Assembly (NCBI GenBank): GCA_043812655.1
Contig: JBDRLW010000026.1
Span: forward strand, 1-12,467
Direction: 5' to 3'
Length of the DNA: 12,467 bases
Origin: a bacterium
GTDB lineage: Bacteria > Margulisbacteria > WOR-1 > O2-12-FULL-45-9 > XYB2-FULL-48-7
Each line of letters opens with the position of its first letter. The first letter of the stretch is position 1. The position numbers were made by a program, and so were the translations under genes. Below, piece after piece: positions 6,989-12,467 of the stretch. Below the pieces are notes generated by a model. It had not been told where the DNA came from. It worked only from the letters and a program-made list of their open reading frames with translations, and did no database searches.

Positions 6989-9411
6989 AATTTATATAAG
7001 AAAAAATGGTCAGACCTAATTGTACTACCTTGGCTGGGACAAAGGGTTGGATAAGTTAGCTCAATGGTCAACCTGTTCAATTTAGAGATATTGTTTTGTT
7101 GATAAATAGCCAAATTATTTTTTGGATAGGAGGCAATTTCTTTAACCAGGCCTTTTAAAAGCAGGAATGGTTGCAATGTTTCGACGAGCTTTTTTGCCGA
7201 AGAAAGATTGTCTTTTTCTTGGCAGGCTAGTTTAACTATCGTTTCAAATTGGTCGTATTTAATTACGAGAGACTCTTCTGTTGGGTTATCGAAGAATTTA
7301 GCTAGCAGGGTTCTGTTCATGCTAATATTTTTTTCAAGAATCGATCTTGGGATTATTCCCTGGCCAAGAAGTCTATTCTTTTTCTTTTGGGACCAGGCGG
7401 CAAGCCAATCGGGACTAGTTAATAAAGTGTTCAGTTGTTCAAGGCTTTTAAGTTTATCAATCCCATAATTATCGTTATTGATCGCTTCAAGTAGTCGATT
7501 GATCGCGATTTGATTAAAGAATTGGGCTTGATTAAAGGTGTTGGGGTCAGAATAAACACACTCGCAATTTCTATCGAGCCAATCTTTGATTTCTGGACGA
7601 TAGAATGGGTTGGCAAAAGGGTTACGACCACCAACTTTATGACTGTAAAAAATAAACAACACGTGCTTGCGCCACCAGCCGTCAAGAAATTGTGTGTTAA
7701 TGGAAAGATGGGTGACTCCCATTTTTTTTAATTTTAGGACCGCTTCCGGGATACTTTTAACCTGCTCAAAATCCTCGTAATATCGGCTAAATTCTATAAA
7801 GCCAGAGATAAATTCCTGATCAAAATAGTAGCCTGCCGAGTTATGAGGGGAAAATATTTTGGCCTTTGGCGGCAAGTTGTTGTTGACAAAAGTAGCGAGG
7901 GATATGGGTTGAAGCCTTGAAAGATAGTCAATCCTTTTCTCAAGGCCACAGATGACAGGCAGTTTGCTGTTCATAAACAATTGGCAGCTGATTAGTAGAT
8001 CAATACAAAAAAAGAAGAGTAAAACAACAGTAATGAATGTTTTTTGGACCCAACCTTGTTTTTCAAGGAAGCTAAAATAGGCAAAAGCTAAAATAATTGA
8101 GAGCAAAACGATGGCAGGGAGGAGATATCTTATCCCGAAACCGGTGAAAAAAAGAAAGGTGATAAACACCAGAGAAATCAGAAGTAAAGAGATCATTTTC
8201 TTTGTCAATTGCTTTCTAATAACTATTAGCATGGGAAAAATCGCCAGGAAATATGGCGGCAATGGCCCGTCCCATCCCACCATGAATTTATTGCAATTAA
8301 ATGTGACATCCCAAAACATTTGCAGGTATTGGAGGAAGGTCTTATCATGACCACCTATAAAAGTATATTTATGTCCATTAAAGGAGGTTAAAAACGGATA
8401 AAAAGGATAGCCAGTCCAGAGATAAGTTTTAGCCAGCCAGGGGAGGAGGGGTAGAAAGGCAAGAAAAGAAAAGGCACAGGCGGTAAGAAAGGCGGAGGCA
8501 TAGGAGGAGGCGCAGGTTGATTTGTTTTTTTTATATAGTAAAGCAATAAAGAGGCCAACAAAAAAGATGGGAAAAAAAAGCATGCCGGTTAATTTGATGC
8601 TGACGGTAAGTCCCAGAAAGATAGCCGCAAGCCAAAGCCATTTGTTGTTATCTTCATGGTACCAATTAAAAAGCGAGAAAAGAATTAACAAAGAGAAAAA
8701 AGCGAAGGCTAGGTCATTTTTTGGCGTAGTAGATAGTAAAGTTATGTATGGTTGGTCGTAATAGAGCAAAGCGGCCAATGCTCCGACTAGTGGATTTTGG
8801 CTGATATATTTATTAATAAAAATGATGATTAAATAAATGATCAATATACTTATTACAAAGCTTAATAAACCTGCTAGCTCTGGCCTGCCAAGGAGAAGAA
8901 ACGGAATGTAAACCATTTCGAGAGCGAGCGACCAGTAAGATTGGAAGCTGTCGGGCATGGGGTAGATGGAGTGATGGGCAAGATATTTTTTGGGAGTGAA
9001 GAGATGATAGGAAAGAGAATCATAGTCTGGCGTGAAAACTAGTGAGCTAAGAAAATTGATAAGAATAAAACCGAAGAGTAGCAGCAACAACAAGATCAAT
9101 AGGACTGATTTTTTACGGAAATAGGCGTAGAGGAAAGAAGCGGCGCTGGCCAAGTTGCGACTGGCAGGAACAAATTCCCTAATAGAAAAAATTGAAATAA
9201 CAACAAATAAGAGACCTATGATCCAGCCATACAAAAGGCCTAGACAGCCTAGGGAGAAAAGGAGAAGAGAAACCGTGCCGAGGCCGAGGGCAAGAGAGAA
9301 GATGGTTTTTTCTTCCGCTGGGAAGTCTTTAATAGCCAGATAACCCAAGAGCTTACAGCCAAGAGCTGAGTAGATCAGCAAGAAAATGACCAAAAGGAGA
9401 TAGTTAATCAT
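6985..9411 (-). CDS. Large GT-C-like integral membrane protein, putative glycosyltransferase, paralog A (808 aa)
   Basis: Same motifs (DYDSLSYHL, PKND, SIKLTG, TGYPFYPF, IRYLLP). ATGA start/stop overlaps at both ends (9408-9411, 6985-6988). Confidence 0.75.
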   Translation of the reverse strand: MINYLLLVIFLLIYSALGCKLLGYLAIKDFPAEEKTIFSLALGLGTVSLLLFSLGCLGLLYGWIIGLLFVVISIFSIREFVPASRNLASAASFLYAYFRKKSVLLILLLLLLFGFILINFLSSLVFTPDYDSLSYHLFTPKKYLAHHSIYPMPDSFQSYWSLALEMVYIPFLLLGRPELAGLLSFVISILIIYLIIIFINKYISQNPLVGALAALLYYDQPYITLLSTTPKNDLAFAFFSLLILFSLFNWYHEDNNKWLWLAAIFLGLTVSIKLTGMLFFPIFFVGLFIALLYKKNKSTCASSYASAFLTACAFSFLAFLPLLPWLAKTYLWTGYPFYPFLTSFNGHKYTFIGGHDKTFLQYLQMFWDVTFNCNKFMVGWDGPLPPYFLAIFPMLIVIRKQLTKKMISLLLISLVFITFLFFTGFGIRYLLPAIVLLSIILAFAYFSFLEKQGWVQKTFITVVLLFFFCIDLLISCQLFMNSKLPVICGLEKRIDYLSRLQPISLATFVNNNLPPKAKIFSPHNSAGYYFDQEFISGFIEFSRYYEDFEQVKSIPEAVLKLKKMGVTHLSINTQFLDGWWRKHVLFIFYSHKVGGRNPFANPFYRPEIKDWLDRNCECVYSDPNTFNQAQFFNQIAINRLLEAINNDNYGIDKLKSLEQLNTLLTSPDWLAAWSQKKKNRLLGQGIIPRSILEKNISMNRTLLAKFFDNPTEESLVIKYDQFETIVKLACQEKDNLSSAKKLVETLQPFLLLKGLVKEIASYPKNNLAIYQQNNISKLNRLTIELTYPTLCPSQGSTIRSDHFFLYKL

Positions 9412-11045
9412 ATGCGAGAAAATATTTTGACTTCTCCAAAATCTTTTACTAATACATAAGGTAAAAATTTGTTAGCGCGCAAATTTGTATAAAATTGGTT
9501 AATATTATTATATTCCACGCTTCCGCGCGAGCAGTTAACCGCATTTTCAGGGTTAGCATATAGTGAAGAGATTTTATTATTAATTACAATTAAATGAGGG
9601 TTAAATTCTTCGATCGACTTTTTTGATATCCCCCCTCCTGACTCACTAACATATTTAAAAGTTGGAGGAATATAAGAATAAGTGTCATAAACTATCCGAT
9701 AATCGCTTGGGAAATTATTGGCGAGCCATTTCCCAGCCTTAATATACACATTATTAGAGGTTTTGTTTATTAACCAATTTCGACTGTTGATGTCTAATAA
9801 TAATTTTGGCCATAATATTAAAACTAAAAATAAAACAGCAATTATTCTGCCTAATTTATTGAAATTCCATAGTTCTTGAAGCGCTTTTGCCACAAAAAGA
9901 AGCATAAAGGGAACAATCGGTAAAATGAACCGATAATCTCTGGCATTTACGCGAAAGAACAAAAAAGTAAAAACTAGAAATATAACACAAAATAAAATTA
10001 CTATTCCCGGCTTTAATTCAAAGCGACTTTTCCCAATGGTTTTTAAATAATTAAAAAACATCTTTAGCAAAAAGCCGAAAAATAAAACAAGGCCGCTGGT
10101 CCCAATAAGATATGATGACGCAAGGGCATTTATCCATAAAAATCCGTTTGAGTCCGGCTTAAGATAAGCACTTAAATATAACAGGTCGCTTTGGTGTTTA
10201 ATTGATTTAAGAAATAAGTTTAAATTAATAATAGAATATGGATTTGTAAGAATAAATGTTGCCGTAAAAACAATAATTGATAGAATAATGCTAATAAATA
10301 ATCTTTTTACAGGAAAATAATTATTGACTGCATTATTAACTAAATTAACTAACTCTTCTTTCTGTCCGCAAGATAAATATCCAGCCAGCCAAATTATGGG
10401 CAAGAAAAATATGCCCAAGTATTTCGTGCCAAAACTCAATCCGGCAAAAACAGAAGCCATGAAAATATTCCAATATGTAAAATTTGTTGACAGGGAACAA
10501 CAAAAATAAAGGCTGATAATACTAAAATATATTTGTGTTGCATCCGGATGAGCCCCTGTGGCGCGCCATAAAAACACTGGAGTTGCAAGAAATAGCAAGG
10601 ACGCCAACAAACCAATTTTAGGTGAAAATATTTTCTTGCCTAAGGCATATAAACCAAAAAGGCTCAAACACCCAAAAAACACGCTTACAAATCGGAGCAT
10701 TATTATGATCACGGTTTCAGTTAATGGAGAGAAATGTTTATAAATAAAAAGAGGAAAAACCGTTATATAAAAGTAAACGCTGCCATAGGTATAGTAATTA
10801 GTGTCTAAGGTTTTCTTTTCAAACATATTGTTTAACAAACCAACTCCGTAATGTGCCTCATCATAATTGAAAACGGCAACCATCCTATTGTTTTCTACTC
10901 CAGACAAAATTATGGGAAGCGAATACCAAAGAAAAAACAAAACAAAAGAGAGGATTAAACCAATCGAGAATAAAGAGGAAGCTTTTTGTCGGTACATCTG
11001 CCGCAAAATATGCCTCTTATTATCTAGAAAAGCAATCATTTTCAT
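9408..11045 (-). CDS. GT-C fold PMT/ArnT-like glycosyltransferase (545 aa)
   Basis: YDE diacidic motif after TM1 (FNYDEAHY), YTYGS, R..SVFFG, HPD, GTKY, TNPY and RFILP motifs; multiple TM helices. Alternative ATG at 11039. Confidence 0.82.
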   Translation of the reverse strand: MKMIAFLDNKRHILRQMYRQKASSLFSIGLILSFVLFFLWYSLPIILSGVENNRMVAVFNYDEAHYGVGLLNNMFEKKTLDTNYYTYGSVYFYITVFPLFIYKHFSPLTETVIIIMLRFVSVFFGCLSLFGLYALGKKIFSPKIGLLASLLFLATPVFLWRATGAHPDATQIYFSIISLYFCCSLSTNFTYWNIFMASVFAGLSFGTKYLGIFFLPIIWLAGYLSCGQKEELVNLVNNAVNNYFPVKRLFISIILSIIVFTATFILTNPYSIINLNLFLKSIKHQSDLLYLSAYLKPDSNGFLWINALASSYLIGTSGLVLFFGFLLKMFFNYLKTIGKSRFELKPGIVILFCVIFLVFTFLFFRVNARDYRFILPIVPFMLLFVAKALQELWNFNKLGRIIAVLFLVLILWPKLLLDINSRNWLINKTSNNVYIKAGKWLANNFPSDYRIVYDTYSYIPPTFKYVSESGGGISKKSIEEFNPHLIVINNKISSLYANPENAVNCSRGSVEYNNINQFYTNLRANKFLPYVLVKDFGEVKIFSRI

Positions 11046-11053
11046 GTTAAAGT

Positions 11054-11083
11054 ATTATACGTATGCGGCAGTGAAACTGTCAA
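11054..11083 (-). promoter_or_regulatory. Consensus sigma70 promoter (TTGACA-N18-TATAAT) for the three-gene minus-strand operon
   Basis: Plus strand TGTCAA at 11078-11083 and ATTATA at 11054-11059 read TTGACA and TATAAT on the minus strand with an 18-nt spacer; ATG 11045 is 8 nt past the -10. Confidence 0.8.
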
Positions 11084-11113
11084 GAAAATAGGCATTATTC
11101 CTAGGAGTGATTA

Positions 11114-12064
11114 ATGGGTAAGAAGGTCTTTGTTACCGGGGGGGCTGGGTTTATTGGTAGTCAGCTGGTCGATAGATTAGTTGAAGAGGGAGCTTCTGTA
11201 ACCGTTTATGATGACCTTTCATCCGGGAAAAAAGAATTTATTGCCCAGCATTTAGGTAAAGCTAGTTTTCAGTTCATTCAAGCTGATCTGCTTGACCTGC
11301 CAAAATTAATCGCCGGTGTTAAAGGGTATGATCTGGTTTTTCATTTGGCGGCTAACCCCGATATCCGTCTTGGACTAAAATATACTGATACTGATCTTAA
11401 ACAGAGCACAATTGTGACCTACAATGTTTTGGAGGCGATGAGGCTAGGTGGGGTTAAGGAAATTGCTTTTTCTTCAACTTCGACGATCTATGGTGAACCG
11501 ACCGTCATGCCAACCCCGGAAAATTATGGGCCGCTGCTGCCGATTTCCCTTTATGGTGCCAGTAAATTGGCCTGTGAAGCGCTTTGTACTTCTTTTGCCC
11601 ATAGTTTTGGGCTAAAGTGTTGGATCTTCCGTTTTGCTAATATTGTTGGCGGCCGCGGGACCCACGGTATAATTTATGATTTTATTGGTAAACTGCAGAA
11701 AAATAGCCAGGAGTTGGAAGTCTTGGGGGATGGGAAACAGACCAAATCTTATTTGCTAGTCGATGACTGTATTGACGCGATGCTTTACGTCTATGGTAAA
11801 AGCAAGGAACAGTTTAATTTATATAATCTTGGTACCGGTGATCAGACGGAATTAGCTTTGCTGGCGCAAATTATGGTTGAACGTTCGGGCTTAAAAAATG
11901 TACATATTAAATATACTGGCGGTGAACGGGGTTGGCCAGGAGATGTGCCACAAATGTTGTTATCGGTTGATAAGGTCAATCAGCTTGGCTGGAAGGCGAA
12001 ATATAATTCGCGGCAAGCGATTGAAATAGCGGTTGAAAGAATGTTGCAGGAATGCAAGCTGTAA
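11114..12064 (+). CDS. NAD-dependent epimerase/dehydratase, extended SDR (UDP-glucose 4-epimerase-like, 316 aa)
   Basis: TGGAGFIGS Rossmann motif, HLAANPD, FSSTSTIYG, catalytic YGASK (YxxxK), RFANIVG and GDGKQTKSY; RBS AGGAG at 11103-11107. Confidence 0.93.
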   Translation: MGKKVFVTGGAGFIGSQLVDRLVEEGASVTVYDDLSSGKKEFIAQHLGKASFQFIQADLLDLPKLIAGVKGYDLVFHLAANPDIRLGLKYTDTDLKQSTIVTYNVLEAMRLGGVKEIAFSSTSTIYGEPTVMPTPENYGPLLPISLYGASKLACEALCTSFAHSFGLKCWIFRFANIVGGRGTHGIIYDFIGKLQKNSQELEVLGDGKQTKSYLLVDDCIDAMLYVYGKSKEQFNLYNLGTGDQTELALLAQIMVERSGLKNVHIKYTGGERGWPGDVPQMLLSVDKVNQLGWKAKYNSRQAIEIAVERMLQECKL

Positions 12065-12467
12065 TCTTGGCCGGCGGCGCCGGGACTAGGCTCCGACCCC
12101 TAACGCTGAACACCCCCAAACCGATGATAGAGGTTAACGGCCAGCCTTTTTTAAGTTATATTGTTAATCAATTAAAAGGTGTTGGGGTCACGGATTTTGT
12201 TTTTTGTGTCGGCTATTTGGCTGATAAATTCCAGGCTTATTTTGGGGATGGGGGCCGGTTTGGAGTGAAGATTGTTTATTCGGTGGAGAATGGGTTTATG
12301 GGGACTGGCGGCGCCTTAAAAAACGCGGAGAGCCTGCTCCAAGATGAGTTTCTGGTGCTAAATGGTGACACTTATCTGCCAATAGATTATAATGAGGTTA
12401 TTAACGCGTTTAGGGCAAGCGGCCGGACTGCTTTATTAGTTATCTATAATAACCAAAAAAAAATTAC
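12052..12467 (+). CDS. Sugar-1-phosphate nucleotidyltransferase, NTP_transferase family (mannose-/heptose-1-P guanylyltransferase-like), 3' truncated; absent from the ORF track
   Basis: Hand translation from ATG 12052: MQAVILAGGAGTRLRPLTLNTPKPMIEVNGQPFL...VGYLA...YFGDG...YSVE...GTGGALK...FLVLNGDTY..., open to the window end. Overlaps the epimerase by 13 nt. Confidence 0.93.
   Translation, partial: MQAVILAGGAGTRLRPLTLNTPKPMIEVNGQPFLSYIVNQLKGVGVTDFVFCVGYLADKFQAYFGDGGRFGVKIVYSVENGFMGTGGALKNAESLLQDEFLVLNGDTYLPIDYNEVINAFRASGRTALLVIYNNQKKI

Noticed and set aside
4999..7685. Similar alternative-frame ORFs 4999..5202 and 7431..7685 (both contain QKSKIG.IEI) as a conserved overlapping gene
   Set aside because: The similarity follows from duplication of the host genes; the starts differ and there are no recognisable motifs.
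5568..10743. Lys/Ile-rich plus-strand ORFs (5568, 7208, 7510, 8111, 8522, 9155, 10324, 10558)
   Set aside because: Antisense shadows of Phe/Leu-rich membrane-protein genes, with no recognisable motifs.
10867..11091. 74-aa plus-strand ORF
   Set aside because: Antisense to the GT-C 5' end and runs through its promoter; no recognisable features.

Overview
Bacterial (diderm) chromosomal window. It holds the 3' end of a TonB-dependent outer-membrane receptor, a short TonB and a DUF2905 membrane protein, followed by a ~11 kb cell-envelope glycosylation locus. The locus encodes four multi-pass GT-C-fold (ArnT/PMT-like) proteins, two of them a tandem paralog pair differing by a ~76-aa C-terminal indel. 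It also encodes a radical SAM/SPASM-type enzyme split by a one-base frameshift in an A10 tract, a membrane-anchored GT2, an NAD-dependent sugar epimerase and a truncated sugar-1-phosphate nucleotidyltransferase that the ORF track misses. Three sigma70-type promoters are readable, one a perfect consensus driving a probably leaderless minus-strand operon. Two structured intergenic elements flank tonB. No rRNA, tRNA, CRISPR array, transposase or integrase was seen. All calls come from motifs read by eye; no database searches were run.
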